Shown: positions 39,867 to 50,304, numbered from the stretch's first letter. The stretch: DNA of 64,000 bases from Methanobrevibacter sp. (GCA_017460025.1 JAFUBV010000001.1:39444-103443); one strand, 5' to 3'. A program made the numbers and translations. The notes: generated from the sequence alone by a model not told the origin.

Positions 39867-40118
39867 TTATTCTCCTATGAAATTTTTAATTATTTTATTT
39901 AATTCATCAATGGTAATGGATGGTTTAATGTCTTCTTTACCGTAGATGACTTCTTCTTCACGGTATTGTTTTATTAAACCTGCATTGGTTAATGCTCCAA
40001 TTATGATGTATTCTCGTTCAGGATGTTCCTGTACAGCTTCGAATAAAATTAATTTTTTTGAAGTAGTGGTGTCATCTTTTTTTGGAGCTTTATCTGTTTT
40101 AGTTTCTTTTTTAGTCAT
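39867..40118 (-). CDS. Hypothetical protein
   Basis: ORF in the neck region. Confidence 0.6.
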   Translation of the reverse strand: MTKKETKTDKAPKKDDTTTSKKLILFEAVQEHPEREYIIIGALTNAGLIKQYREEEVIYGKEDIKPSITIDELNKIIKNFIGE

Positions 40119-40750
40119 ATTTTAGTCTCCAATTCAAATTCATCGAAGGGTTTTCCTCCGATTTTATGGTAATGGTAATAATCCATTTCTAATTTGAAAA
40201 TAGTTCGTAGTATTTGACCTGTGGGGTCTAATTCATCTAGATCTGTTACACTATCTATTCTGAAAGTGTTTTTGATGATATGATGTTTTTGGAAGAATGA
40301 TTGGTAATCATTGATGCGTGGGCATTGTGATTTGTTTGTTCTTCCTGTATTGTGAGTTAACGCTTCACATCTGCTTTCCAGTAATTTGCAAGAATCATCT
40401 TCATAATATTTACAAGTAGTGTAATGATTGGTTTCGGCTTGTAGGATACGATGGTCGATTTGTTTCGTTAATGTGTGGCGTTCTTTTTCAGTGTTACACC
40501 AAATATTAATCCAGATGGTTGCATTATATCTTTTTCGAAGATATTCTGCTCCATCGATTTGGACATATCTTCTTCTGATAAATCGTTCGTCGGCTTGGTT
40601 AATTGTGAAGCATGGTGAGCGATCTATTTCAGCATAATTTTTCACAAAAGGAATTATCGTATTTTCATAAACTATTTGATTCTTTAGTAAGTCTAGAAAA
40701 GCAGTTTCCATTGGATGCATTCTTTTGTTTTTATAATAATCCGTTTTCAC
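40115..40750 (-). CDS. Tail terminator/completion protein
   Basis: Position; P.FTI...IWINIWC pattern. Confidence 0.55.
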   Translation of the reverse strand: MKTDYYKNKRMHPMETAFLDLLKNQIVYENTIIPFVKNYAEIDRSPCFTINQADERFIRRRYVQIDGAEYLRKRYNATIWINIWCNTEKERHTLTKQIDHRILQAETNHYTTCKYYEDDSCKLLESRCEALTHNTGRTNKSQCPRINDYQSFFQKHHIIKNTFRIDSVTDLDELDPTGQILRTIFKLEMDYYHYHKIGGKPFDEFELETKI

Positions 40751-41192
40751 TTAAGACTTGATGGTAATACTCTTTGAATTTAGGTATTGATTTGTGCAAT
40801 GTACGTGTGACAAATGGGTTAGGTGCTGTTCCAGGATGATTAACTTTCCTGGCAAACACTTTTTTACCATTTACTTCGAAAGCAAGGAATTTCCCGTTTT
40901 TAGGAGTTATTGTATGTGCTGCTGTACCGTATTGTACATCTTGCCAATATGTACGACCATTGCTTCTTGCGTTACTATGTAACTCACCAATTAAAGGTGA
41001 TGGTTTTCTTTTAGTAATACTACGACGTAAGTTTCCTGTTAATATTGGTGCTTCACGTCTAGCTATATTATTAGCTTCGTTCAATCCATAATCTAATGTT
41101 TCACTTATCATGTCTTCGAATCTTTTCTTTTTCAATCCGAGTTTACGATAATATGAGTCATTGAATTTCACATCTAAACTTAAGCTAATCAT
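40731..41192 (-). CDS. Neck protein (HK97 gp10-like)
   Basis: APILTGNLRRSI, VQYGT, HPGT.PNPF. Confidence 0.8.
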   Translation of the reverse strand: MISLSLDVKFNDSYYRKLGLKKKRFEDMISETLDYGLNEANNIARREAPILTGNLRRSITKRKPSPLIGELHSNARSNGRTYWQDVQYGTAAHTITPKNGKFLAFEVNGKKVFARKVNHPGTAPNPFVTRTLHKSIPKFKEYYHQVLSENGLL

Positions 41193-41199
41193 AATTGGA

Positions 41200-41535
41200 T
41201 CATTGTTTTCTTTGCTTTTGAATTGTCATTCTTTTATGATGTATTATATGATTCCATACTTCAATTGAACCAATAACACTATATTTAACTCCATCAATCA
41301 CAATAAGGTCAGTGTCATAGATTTCTGTATCAATACTCATGTATACAACATATGTATCTTGCAATATCTTACCAAATTCCTCCATCGAAGATTTAGCGGA
41401 TATTGGTTGGAAATCAACTTCAACTTCATCTCTTAAAGTATATTCTGGTAATGGTTCACCCCATTCAGTATATTCTCCAGTAGATTGATTATAAGAGTAT
41501 AATTCCATCATTGCATTTGGGAAAAAAGGAGGCAT
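41200..41535 (-). CDS. Head closure protein
   Basis: EWGEP...D.IVIDGVKYSV; position. Confidence 0.7.
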   Translation of the reverse strand: MPPFFPNAMMELYSYNQSTGEYTEWGEPLPEYTLRDEVEVDFQPISAKSSMEEFGKILQDTYVVYMSIDTEIYDTDLIVIDGVKYSVIGSIEVWNHIIHHKRMTIQKQRKQ

Positions 41536-41536
41536 A

Positions 41537-42034
41537 TTATATCAACCTCGCAGTTGCATTATATTGATTTTTCAAACTAGTAATCAATGAATTAATAACA
41601 CCCCATTGACCGCCACTAGTGTCAAGTGAAACAGTAACTCCACCTTCACTAATACTGGCTGCTCTTTTATCCCATCCAGGATTATTCTCATAATCCACCA
41701 TCAAATCAATTATATGTGAATACGCTGCTTCAGGAATACAATAAATGTATTGGATGTATAACCGACCAGTATAAGATTGGTCCAGATATATTAAACCAGA
41801 TTCTTCATCGATTATACAATCATTTATGCAAATACATTTTTTATCAATCATGATCTTGTTGATTGATTGTATTGGATAATGATCAACAATTATTACATCA
41901 TCATCAAAATCAGGAACTATTTGTTTGGCAGGTGTAGGTGATAATGGTAGACCAGTTTCTACTGCTAATTGTTTTATTAGTAATTCTCTTTGTTTTGAAT
42001 TAGTAATTTCTTCAGTATTTTCTTCATTAGTCAT
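41537..42034 (-). CDS. Head-tail adaptor
   Basis: SISEGGVTVS motif; position. Confidence 0.7.
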   Translation of the reverse strand: MTNEENTEEITNSKQRELLIKQLAVETGLPLSPTPAKQIVPDFDDDVIIVDHYPIQSINKIMIDKKCICINDCIIDEESGLIYLDQSYTGRLYIQYIYCIPEAAYSHIIDLMVDYENNPGWDKRAASISEGGVTVSLDTSGGQWGVINSLITSLKNQYNATARLI

Positions 42035-42067
42035 ATTTTCTCACCTAAAAAAAAATTTGATTTAAAT

Positions 42068-42389
42068 TTAAAAATCGTCATCTACTTCTTCTGCCATGAT
42101 AATATTGGCAGTGTTAGCTCCTGCAACAATGGTTATGTTTCCATAATATTGGTCATAACCTTCCTTAATAGCGAGTAACTCATAAGTTCCTACAGGTACA
42201 TTATTAATGTTGCAGCCTCCTGCAGAACCTGTTGTGCCTTCGTATTCATCACCAGTGTTACCATCGCCAATGATGACATCTACACCTTGTAATGGGTTAC
42301 CATCACTATCTTTAACACTTACACTAACATTACCTGTTTGTGGAGCATTATTTGTTTGGTTGTTTTCAGGATTCTCCTCAGTCACTGGG
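42068..42389 (-). CDS. Ig-like (carboxypeptidase-regulatory-like) domain, probable +1 frameshift extension of the major capsid protein
   Basis: VKDSDGNPLQGVDV...NVPVGTYEL..KEGY; overlaps the capsid stop in the +1 frame; no credible start. Confidence 0.65.
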
Positions 42390-43352
42390 ATCTGCAATAC
42401 CAGTGATTAAACCATTTTTGTATTCTGCTACGTTTTGAGCAGTGACAAATGATACAATAGCATCACGGGTACCTAATTTGTTAGTTGGTAAATCAGTTAA
42501 CAAAGTAGGTGCGAGTAATCTTTTAACTTCAATGGTAGCGGAGTCAACGAATAACATTGCATCGGATTCAAGGTTGGAATCAATTAAGATTGGTATTTCT
42601 GCACCGTTTGGAGCTTCGTAAGCAACAACTCTGTGTCCTAAGCCAATATCGATTTTGTCGTTGTATCTTCTGTAAGGTGCAACGATTTTTTTAAGTTGTT
42701 TAGCAACAAGGTTAGTGGTTACAATAACATCTGGAGTACCGTTGTTTTGGTCGATGATGTCAGTTAACATGTCATCGATTAAATCTTCGGTGACTGGTTC
42801 GTTAGTTAAAGTTTCTTTGTTAGTGGTAACTTGGTTTACGAAACCTTTGAAGTCTTTATCAGCAGCATTACCAGTTCCTTGGAGTAAAGTGTTATCTAAA
42901 TCGTTAGTGACTTTGATAAATCCATCTTGGATTTCAGATTGTAATAAGTCAACTACATTATTACCCATTTGAGATAATAAGGAAACATCAATTGGGTAGA
43001 TTAATGTTTTCATTTTCTCCATTTTTTCATCGTAGGATGAAGCTACTGCTTGAGGAATGTCATCGTTTTCATTGATGAACTGGGATACACCAGAACTGTT
43101 TTTAAGGTAGAATGCAGCGTAGGTGCTGTTGAAGTTATCATCCACTCTTCCTTTTGATTCAAGGAATCTGAAGTATGGTGCTTTTTCAAATACACGTGAT
43201 TGTAATTCAGGACTGTATGCGATTTGCATACTGGTTGGTGCTGCATCAGTTAATTGCATAGCTTTTTGTAAATCAGCAATTTGTTTGTTGTTTTTTTCGA
43301 TTTTTGCTTCTAAATCTTTCATAGTAAGTTCGGTCATGGTTAATTTCTCCAT
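42378..43352 (-). CDS. Major capsid protein (HK97 fold)
   Basis: LLQGTG....FKGF, PDVIVT; follows the prohead protease. Confidence 0.85.
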   Translation of the reverse strand: MEKLTMTELTMKDLEAKIEKNNKQIADLQKAMQLTDAAPTSMQIAYSPELQSRVFEKAPYFRFLESKGRVDDNFNSTYAAFYLKNSSGVSQFINENDDIPQAVASSYDEKMEKMKTLIYPIDVSLLSQMGNNVVDLLQSEIQDGFIKVTNDLDNTLLQGTGNAADKDFKGFVNQVTTNKETLTNEPVTEDLIDDMLTDIIDQNNGTPDVIVTTNLVAKQLKKIVAPYRRYNDKIDIGLGHRVVAYEAPNGAEIPILIDSNLESDAMLFVDSATIEVKRLLAPTLLTDLPTNKLGTRDAIVSFVTAQNVAEYKNGLITGIADPSD

Positions 43353-43408
43353 TTGAAAGTTTTTTTTAATTTAAATTAGAATATAAAAAAATTATTAATT
43401 TTAGTTTT

Positions 43409-44545
43409 TTATAATAATGATTTAAGGAAATCTTCTTTAGTTTGTTTAGCAACTAACATTTCAGCTGCTTCACGACTGGTGAATTCAGTTTTTTCCGCAT
43501 CATTATCTTCATCGTTTTTATCGATTTCTTCTTCATTGTATTGGAAATCTGGTTGACGATTTTTATTTAAATCTTTGAATAATTTATCCATTTGTTCAGA
43601 TACAGCTTTATCCACAGTATCTTTAACTGTTTCAGTTACATCAGTTTCAGAAATAGATTTAATTTCAGATTTCACAGATTCTAATTCTGTGTGGAATAAA
43701 CCTTTGATATCTTCAAGGGTTAAGGATTTTTCTTCCTCTTCTTCCTCTTCTTCTTCGTTGGTTTCGGCAGGTTTGCCTTCACCTTCATCTTCATCGTCTT
43801 CTTCGGATGCGGATTTAATAGCATCTTTAACAATTTTCTCTAATTGTTTAGATACTGCTTGAACAGTATCATTTAATAATTCTTCTTTCAAAGAAACTGA
43901 ATTTTCATTAATTAAATCAATTACATCTTGTTTAGTTAATGTTTCTACTTCTTCGTTATTTTTTTGAGTCATATTTTGCACCTCATTTTTCATAATAGTA
44001 TAACATGCACCAGTTAAGCAAGTGGATTTCACTAATCCTTTACTGGTAGTGATGGTTCCGTAAGTATCCCAATTTGCAGGCATACTTGTTAAGCTTATTT
44101 CTCTTAAGGTGATGTCTTTTATCTCCCACCCACCATCTTCTAATTGGGTGTGTTCAGTTACTCTCCCTCCAATTGACAATCCTAGTTTAACACCGATGTC
44201 TAACATTTCTTTGATGTCTTGAGCATATTTTGGTAAGATTGTAGCTTTGATACGTAAACTGTACGCATCTGTATCTACTACATGTGTGATTGCTCCAATG
44301 ACACCATCGAATAATCCATACCAGTGATCACCATGCAAGTTTAAACCTGCTTGTAATTGTCTTTTCATGGATTCAATACATGTTGGTGTTACAATGTCTA
44401 ATTGAAGGTCTTTGTTGGTTGTTGAAGCTATTCCTTCTATGGTTAATGAACCGTCCTCATTGAGAGTATAACTTTTTGTGGTTTCTGGATAGATTTGAGG
44501 ACGTGCGTAGAGTTGGAATTGCTTTTCTAATACTTCAGTTGACAT
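43409..44545 (-). CDS. Prohead protease with C-terminal scaffold region
   Basis: IEGIAST..DL..D, H, GLSIGG, LREISLT..PAN; acidic coiled-coil tail. Confidence 0.88.
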   Translation of the reverse strand: MSTEVLEKQFQLYARPQIYPETTKSYTLNEDGSLTIEGIASTTNKDLQLDIVTPTCIESMKRQLQAGLNLHGDHWYGLFDGVIGAITHVVDTDAYSLRIKATILPKYAQDIKEMLDIGVKLGLSIGGRVTEHTQLEDGGWEIKDITLREISLTSMPANWDTYGTITTSKGLVKSTCLTGACYTIMKNEVQNMTQKNNEEVETLTKQDVIDLINENSVSLKEELLNDTVQAVSKQLEKIVKDAIKSASEEDDEDEGEGKPAETNEEEEEEEEEKSLTLEDIKGLFHTELESVKSEIKSISETDVTETVKDTVDKAVSEQMDKLFKDLNKNRQPDFQYNEEEIDKNDEDNDAEKTEFTSREAAEMLVAKQTKEDFLKSLL

Positions 44546-44613
44546 GAATATTTATTCCACAATCTATTTTTTTTGAATTATTTTTACATACTATAAAATT
44601 TTTTTTTTTAGAA

Positions 44614-44670
44614 GTGGGTTTCAGGATTTAAACCTGACTATTATGTAAAAAATGATTCTTTTTAACCCAC
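44614..44670 (-). ncRNA. tRNA-like element (7-bp acceptor stem plus T-arm; 26-nt linker)
   Basis: Minus strand: GTGGGTT-N26-TCAGG TTTAAAT CCTGA-AACCCAC. Confidence 0.6.
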
Positions 44671-45169
44671 ATTTTTTCAAATTAATCCTTATTTTTTTTT
44701 AGTTTTTACATGGGAGGACCACCTCTCCATGAAAAACTAAAAAGAAAGAGAGTACATTTAAGGGTAAAAAAATGTGAAATGAATTATGTTACCCCTTTAT
44801 GTAAATGAGAGAAAAAAAAATAAATTAGGAAATTTTTTTTTGAATGTTTTGTCATTATTTTTGAACAATGGTGATTTAAAAAAAAATAAAAGAAGTTACG
44901 GCTGGCTGAATTTTAATTATATTTTTTTTTAAACATTATTTTTTTTTCTCTCAATGATTTTTACATTATCTAAAGATTCATTTCATTACCCTTTTTCTTT
45001 TGTCGACGTGTTTTTATTGTATTTTTTCCCCTGAAAATGGAAAAAAAATACTGGCCTAATATTTTTTTTTTAAACAAAGGTGAAATATAGGTGTTTTTTT
45101 TTTAGAGACGAACGCATATTTTTTCCCTATTTTTTTTGGAGCGAAAAAATGTTTTTTTTGAGAACTGTA

Positions 45170-45209
45170 GGTGGAACAGGGAATCGAACCCTGCAAAGAT
45201 TATTCCACC
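45170..45209 (-). ncRNA. 40-nt tRNA minihelix (acceptor stem plus canonical T-arm; no D or anticodon arm)
   Basis: Minus strand: GGTGGAA-TAATCTTTG-CAGGG TTCGATT CCCTG-TTCCACC. Confidence 0.72.
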
Positions 45210-45524
45210 ATCCATTTAAAATAAGAATAAAAAAAATATGAGAGGAATATGAAAAATAAAAATTGGAAATTTAGAAACGTGAGGATAAAAAAAATTTCCT
45301 AATTATTTTTAGATCATCCAATAGCTACTCTCCCATATTTTAATTTTTTTATTCTTATTTTCTTTTAACCAAAATAAAGGAAGTTATTTACTTTTCGTTG
45401 TTTTTTTTTAGAACCAGAGCAAAGTAGTTATATATTTTTTTTTCTTTGTTTTTGATAAGGGAGAAAAAGAATTTGAGTGTATGTTTAAAAAAAAAATAAG
45501 CTAGAAAAAACTCCCAAGAAAAAA

Positions 45525-46469
45525 TTAGCTTTCAGGTATGTTGGGATTGAATGCTTGTGCCCAATCTTCCAAAGGTGTTAAATTAACAACATAATGCACC
45601 TCATCCTCAGGCTTAACCTTAGACTCCCAAACAGACAAATAAGTACATCTACAATTCGGATGAAACGGTGGATACTTCCCACCTTTAATCAAATCTTGGA
45701 TATTATGAACAAGTTCTTCACCACGATTCTCAAAGGTAATCTTATCATTTTTATTGAATTCATAAGCATATTGCAAACAAGTAGTGCAGACATGTTCATC
45801 TTCAGCAGTTAACAACTTAACCTGAGTGTAGCCTTCATTCACATAAGACTGTAAAATACCAGTATTTTGAATACGTGAAGTTTCAGTCCTGGCAATCATA
45901 GTTGCCCTTTGACGTGGAGTGAAAGTACTTCCAGGCAACTGGGTTATACCTAACTCTAACAGTTTAGGTGCAAGGCTTAAAGGGTTTTCACCTTCAATGG
46001 CTGCACGAGTCATACGATTTTTAACAGCACCACGCAAATCATCATTAAGGTTTTGTATTAAACCATAATTATAATTCCTTGCGAAAGCGAAAGCTAATCT
46101 GTCAGTGTCAGTGTATCGTAAGTGTTCAGCTATGTTACTGTATCCTTTGCTTTTACCATAACTGTAGATTTCATTTAACAATCCATCTACTGTATCGTAA
46201 GTACCTGCAAGGATAGTATCCCAATCATTCTCCAATGACTCCCATATCTCCTGTTGATAATAAGCTTCATTGAAAAAGAATTCTTTAGCTTCATCACTAT
46301 CAATCCAGTTAATACTGGCCTGTAAAACATCATCGATTTGTTTGGATAGTAATTTATAATATTTCATTACTTGGATATTATCACGTAGACTTTTTTCTGT
46401 GAACTCTTCTTCGAGTCCTAAGTCTTCAATTAATAATTGATTTGTTAATATCCTTTCAGCTGATATCAT
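45525..46469 (-). CDS. Head morphogenesis protein (MuF/SPP1 gp7-like)
   Basis: RATMIARTETSR, D..VC..C, PPFHPNCRC. Confidence 0.9.
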   Translation of the reverse strand: MISAERILTNQLLIEDLGLEEEFTEKSLRDNIQVMKYYKLLSKQIDDVLQASINWIDSDEAKEFFFNEAYYQQEIWESLENDWDTILAGTYDTVDGLLNEIYSYGKSKGYSNIAEHLRYTDTDRLAFAFARNYNYGLIQNLNDDLRGAVKNRMTRAAIEGENPLSLAPKLLELGITQLPGSTFTPRQRATMIARTETSRIQNTGILQSYVNEGYTQVKLLTAEDEHVCTTCLQYAYEFNKNDKITFENRGEELVHNIQDLIKGGKYPPFHPNCRCTYLSVWESKVKPEDEVHYVVNLTPLEDWAQAFNPNIPES

Positions 46470-47791
46470 AAATTATACTCCTTACCAAGACGCTCCATGA
46501 GTAATGCTTTCTTTAAAGCTTTAGCTTCTAAATCCACTTTGGGATTGATTAGTTTTGCATCTTCAACATTATCAATTGTTGGTGCTAATGCAAATTGTGA
46601 ATAGTTCATGGGTACATTTCCCCAATCAACTGGATCTAAACCATAATTTGACCTGACTTCATTGATGTATGTTGAGCCGTTACGTAATTGTTTGTCTTCA
46701 ATTTCTGCACGGTTTAATTTGTTCTCTGCATCCTCACGATTAAATGTGAATACTTCACTGAAACCAGAACGACCAAGTGATTTGTTGAATTGGTCCTCTA
46801 TCACACGGGCTGTACCATTTAATACTTTTTGGAAATCTTTATTCTGTGATTCACCCGTACCTGAACCGAGACTGGCGGTTTCAATAATATCCACTTTGTG
46901 TGGTGGAACACCGAAGTTAACAAGAATCACGTCACGACTATATTTCATTAAGTCCAGGAATTCCATATCCCTGTTACTGTTGGATGTTCTTAGGTAGTTG
47001 GCTGCTTGTAGGATTAATGTTCCTTTTTTGTTTTTTTCTTCACGTAATCTTTTACGGTTTGCTTCAACAGCTACTTGTCCTAAGTCTTTGTCGAATGTGA
47101 TTATTCCTCTCGGGTCTAATCCACTGTTTTTGAATATATCTTTATTGTGGTCTTTACCGAGAATTTCTAATGTAATATCCGCAGATATGGAATCAATTAA
47201 ACTTGTACCCCATCTACTACCTTTTAATTCAATCTTCGGTTCATAAATATGAATTAACTGTTCAGGTTCATAACGGATTTTTGTATTACGTATACCCCAT
47301 TGACTAGTCTCTTGATCCCAACCAATCAACTCAGTAGGTATAAACTTAAACCCGTTAGGCACACGATTAAAAACTCTGTCATGATTAACTTCAATGAAAG
47401 CATCACCAGTAATCTTCCATGATGGCAATATCTGCTTGACTAGGCTACTGAATGTAGCTTCATCATATAATCCTCCAGGATGTCTGAAGAGATTATTCAA
47501 ATAATTAACACGACCAAAATTAACATAATCATTGTATGGATTGTTAATATTGAATCCATTGTTTAATAATTCATCACAGTAGACTCCGCAGCATCTGCGA
47601 ACCCATACATTGTAATGGTATGCGTCGTAGTATGTTTGGAGTAAGCTTATGCTTTTATCATGATCTGGTAATGCCCATTTGTATTCTCTGAAGTACTGCT
47701 CTAGTAAGCTACTGTATTCAGGTTTTCTTAGTGATGGTATAATATTTGTGAATGAGCTTATTGTTGATTTTACACGGTTAGTTATATTCAT
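46466..47791 (-). CDS. Portal protein
   Basis: TGDAFIE, RWGTS, FKNSG.P.GI, DMEF, FGVPP, INEVR...GLDP. Confidence 0.92.
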   Translation of the reverse strand: MNITNRVKSTISSFTNIIPSLRKPEYSSLLEQYFREYKWALPDHDKSISLLQTYYDAYHYNVWVRRCCGVYCDELLNNGFNINNPYNDYVNFGRVNYLNNLFRHPGGLYDEATFSSLVKQILPSWKITGDAFIEVNHDRVFNRVPNGFKFIPTELIGWDQETSQWGIRNTKIRYEPEQLIHIYEPKIELKGSRWGTSLIDSISADITLEILGKDHNKDIFKNSGLDPRGIITFDKDLGQVAVEANRKRLREEKNKKGTLILQAANYLRTSNSNRDMEFLDLMKYSRDVILVNFGVPPHKVDIIETASLGSGTGESQNKDFQKVLNGTARVIEDQFNKSLGRSGFSEVFTFNREDAENKLNRAEIEDKQLRNGSTYINEVRSNYGLDPVDWGNVPMNYSQFALAPTIDNVEDAKLINPKVDLEAKALKKALLMERLGKEYNL

Positions 47792-47839
47792 TATTTATTA
47801 CCATCCTATCTAAATTTTTAATTTTTTAATTTTATTTTT

Positions 47840-49249
47840 TTATAAGTCTATAATCTCGAAAACAACTTCTCCAATATAATTTTTCTTCAAATAATTGAAT
47901 GCATGAGCTGTAGCATCGACAATATCATCATGTTGCCCGTTTGGAAATGCTTTGAATTCGTTGATGAATATTTGTCTTAATTTATCATCAACAATATCAA
48001 CATAGACATGTCCATCATAAATATAATTCTTTAATGGTGTTGCACGGTCAGCTTTACTATTGTTTGGTACAGCTACACCTCGTTCAACAAAGTAACCCAT
48101 TAAATCTTCTTCCCAGGTATCGTATAATATTTTTCCTGCTGCGGCCACACCAGTTTCAATGATACTGATGTTATCATGACCGTCACGTATTACTGTGTCT
48201 TTAACGATGTGTGCGGTGTCTTTTCCGAATTGGCCGTATAGGAAATCTGTTATTAGGATGCTTTTACCATCTTCTAATAAGTATACGGGTACTCCTGCGG
48301 TGGAGTCGTTTTTACCTGGGTCTGATGATGCTATATCGTATCCTCTTACTTGTTGTAGTGTTCCCATTTCTGGACGGTACCAATGAATATTTTTCAATTC
48401 GAAGAAGTCCGAGGTGTCATCTATAGGTTTTTGCTGATATATTGATTGGAACACTCTTTCTCCAACAGATTCTCTTTTCTTTTCTAATTTTTCTATTGGA
48501 TATCTTTCAGGCCATAATGGTGTTCCATCTTCTTTTATGGCTGAAAATTCTATGAAGTAATAATCTTCTTTTCGTTCTCTTTTGAATACTCCTTGCAGGT
48601 CTCCACTTGACCAGCGGGTATGGAGTAAAACAAGTTTGGTTTGTGGTTCGATACGTTGTTCGATGATTGTGTCAAACCAGTCTACTTTTTTCTGTAGTAA
48701 AGTTGGTGTTATATCATCAAAGCCTTTGTAAGGGTCGTCTATGATGATGTAGTCTGCATCTTGACCAGTGATAGATCCACTTGCACCAACTAATCTGATA
48801 CTCCCTTGATATAATGTACCTTCACGGTCACAGAACATTAAATGGTCTTTAGCATGTTTAACATCTGATAAATAAACATTGAAGTATTCACCATAACGGC
48901 CAACAGCTTCTTTTAATTGTATACCAAATTTTTCAGATAATGTGGCTGCATTGTTAACAATTAAAATGTTTAAATCAGGGTCTTGGAATATTAACCATAA
49001 TGGGAACGTTAAAGTCACCATTGAAGACTTTGAATGTCTTGGTGGCATTGCAACACATAAACGCTCAATATCACCTAAAAACACCATCGTCAATAATTCA
49101 GATAACTCATTAATATGATCAGCATCAACAATATCTTTATATCTTGATGCAACAAAAGTCATGTAGAATTCATAGAGATCATTTAATATTTCCTCCCATT
49201 CTTCAATGGTCAGATTTGGATTTAGATTTTCTAAATTTTCGCTTTGCAT
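47840..49249 (-). CDS. terL: Terminase large subunit
   Basis: Walker A PPRHSKS, Walker B YIIIDD, GYDIA, FPNGQHDDIVDA. Confidence 0.95.
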   Translation of the reverse strand: MQSENLENLNPNLTIEEWEEILNDLYEFYMTFVASRYKDIVDADHINELSELLTMVFLGDIERLCVAMPPRHSKSSMVTLTFPLWLIFQDPDLNILIVNNAATLSEKFGIQLKEAVGRYGEYFNVYLSDVKHAKDHLMFCDREGTLYQGSIRLVGASGSITGQDADYIIIDDPYKGFDDITPTLLQKKVDWFDTIIEQRIEPQTKLVLLHTRWSSGDLQGVFKRERKEDYYFIEFSAIKEDGTPLWPERYPIEKLEKKRESVGERVFQSIYQQKPIDDTSDFFELKNIHWYRPEMGTLQQVRGYDIASSDPGKNDSTAGVPVYLLEDGKSILITDFLYGQFGKDTAHIVKDTVIRDGHDNISIIETGVAAAGKILYDTWEEDLMGYFVERGVAVPNNSKADRATPLKNYIYDGHVYVDIVDDKLRQIFINEFKAFPNGQHDDIVDATAHAFNYLKKNYIGEVVFEIIDL

Positions 49250-49826
49250 TTAATCTCTCACGAATCCTATTTGTATCAAATAATTGGCCAAGGTCATTCA
49301 TATTATTCTCAACATTAACTTCCACATTAGACTCATTCTTCTTGAAATAATCATTATACAATTTATTCGCATCTAATGCTAAACGTGCAACATCTTTAGA
49401 TGTCACATTACTATCTTCATCTTCAGCATCACGGCATGCTTGCTCGAACTTTTCAGGAAATTGACTTGCAACTTTAGCAACACCTTCCATGTTTTCAGCT
49501 ATAGTTCCCGCAACAATATTCGGAATATTATTAATAGCTTCAATTTTATCCGCTTGTGCTTGAACTTTCTGTTTAACTTCAGGAGGGTCCTCTTTCGGTT
49601 TTCGTCTTTCCGCTCTCCTATTTAATTCGGCTTCGACTTTACTTTCCATGGATATTTTATCATTATAATATCTGGCTATGGCTGCATGTGAAATCTTTTC
49701 ATTAAATTCATTTTCCAACCATCTAGAAATACTTCTTGCACTTTGGCCTTCAGATAATCGAAGCACTATTTCTTCAAAATGAGGAGACTTTTCAACTTTG
49801 CTTTTCCTGACCAAGTTCATCACCAT
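49203..49826 (-). CDS. terS: Terminase small subunit (putative)
   Basis: N-terminal HTH-like region; overlaps the terL start. Confidence 0.65.
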   Translation of the reverse strand: MVMNLVRKSKVEKSPHFEEIVLRLSEGQSARSISRWLENEFNEKISHAAIARYYNDKISMESKVEAELNRRAERRKPKEDPPEVKQKVQAQADKIEAINNIPNIVAGTIAENMEGVAKVASQFPEKFEQACRDAEDEDSNVTSKDVARLALDANKLYNDYFKKNESNVEVNVENNMNDLGQLFDTNRIRERLNAKRKFRKSKSKSDH

Positions 49827-49860
49827 GTGATAGTTAATATTTCAGATTTTTTGTAATTCT

Positions 49861-49898
49861 TGTAATATTACATTGTAACGTTACACTGTAATGTTACA
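49861..49898. repeat. Three tandem 12-bp palindromes TGTAAYRTTACA (13-bp period) upstream of terS
   Basis: TGTAATATTACA 49861, TGTAACGTTACA 49874, TGTAATGTTACA 49887. Confidence 0.8.
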
Positions 49899-49908
49899 CC
49901 ATAATGTG

Positions 49909-50304
49909 TTAATGTACCATGTTGAAAAATACATTCACAATAATTGTAATAGCAGTCAATACTGCACCAATAATTAGTATTTGATTATTAAATCTTCTTT
50001 GTTCATCAGCTTCTTTTTCTTTAATACTATCCTTTAAATTCTGATAATCAGTTTCAATTGCTTTTAATCGTAATTCTAACTCCACATCTCCTTTCTGTGA
50101 ATCTATTTTGAAATCATTGAAACCTTGAATTAATATGTCAAGTTTATTATCCATGCTATTGATTTTATCATTCAATTCATCAATCCTTTTTTCTTTATAA
50201 TCTGCACGGGCTTCTAATTCGGCGGTTTTCCGACTGATGCCTTGTATTTGTTCTTCATGTATACAATTATGTTCAATTGACATCATCTTCACCCACTGCA
50301 TCAT
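49909..50304 (-). CDS. Coiled-coil protein with C-terminal TM helix (possibly lysis-related)
   Basis: Heptads, then ILIIGAVLTAITIIVNVFF. Confidence 0.6.
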   Translation of the reverse strand: MMQWVKMMSIEHNCIHEEQIQGISRKTAELEARADYKEKRIDELNDKINSMDNKLDILIQGFNDFKIDSQKGDVELELRLKAIETDYQNLKDSIKEKEADEQRRFNNQILIIGAVLTAITIIVNVFFNMVH

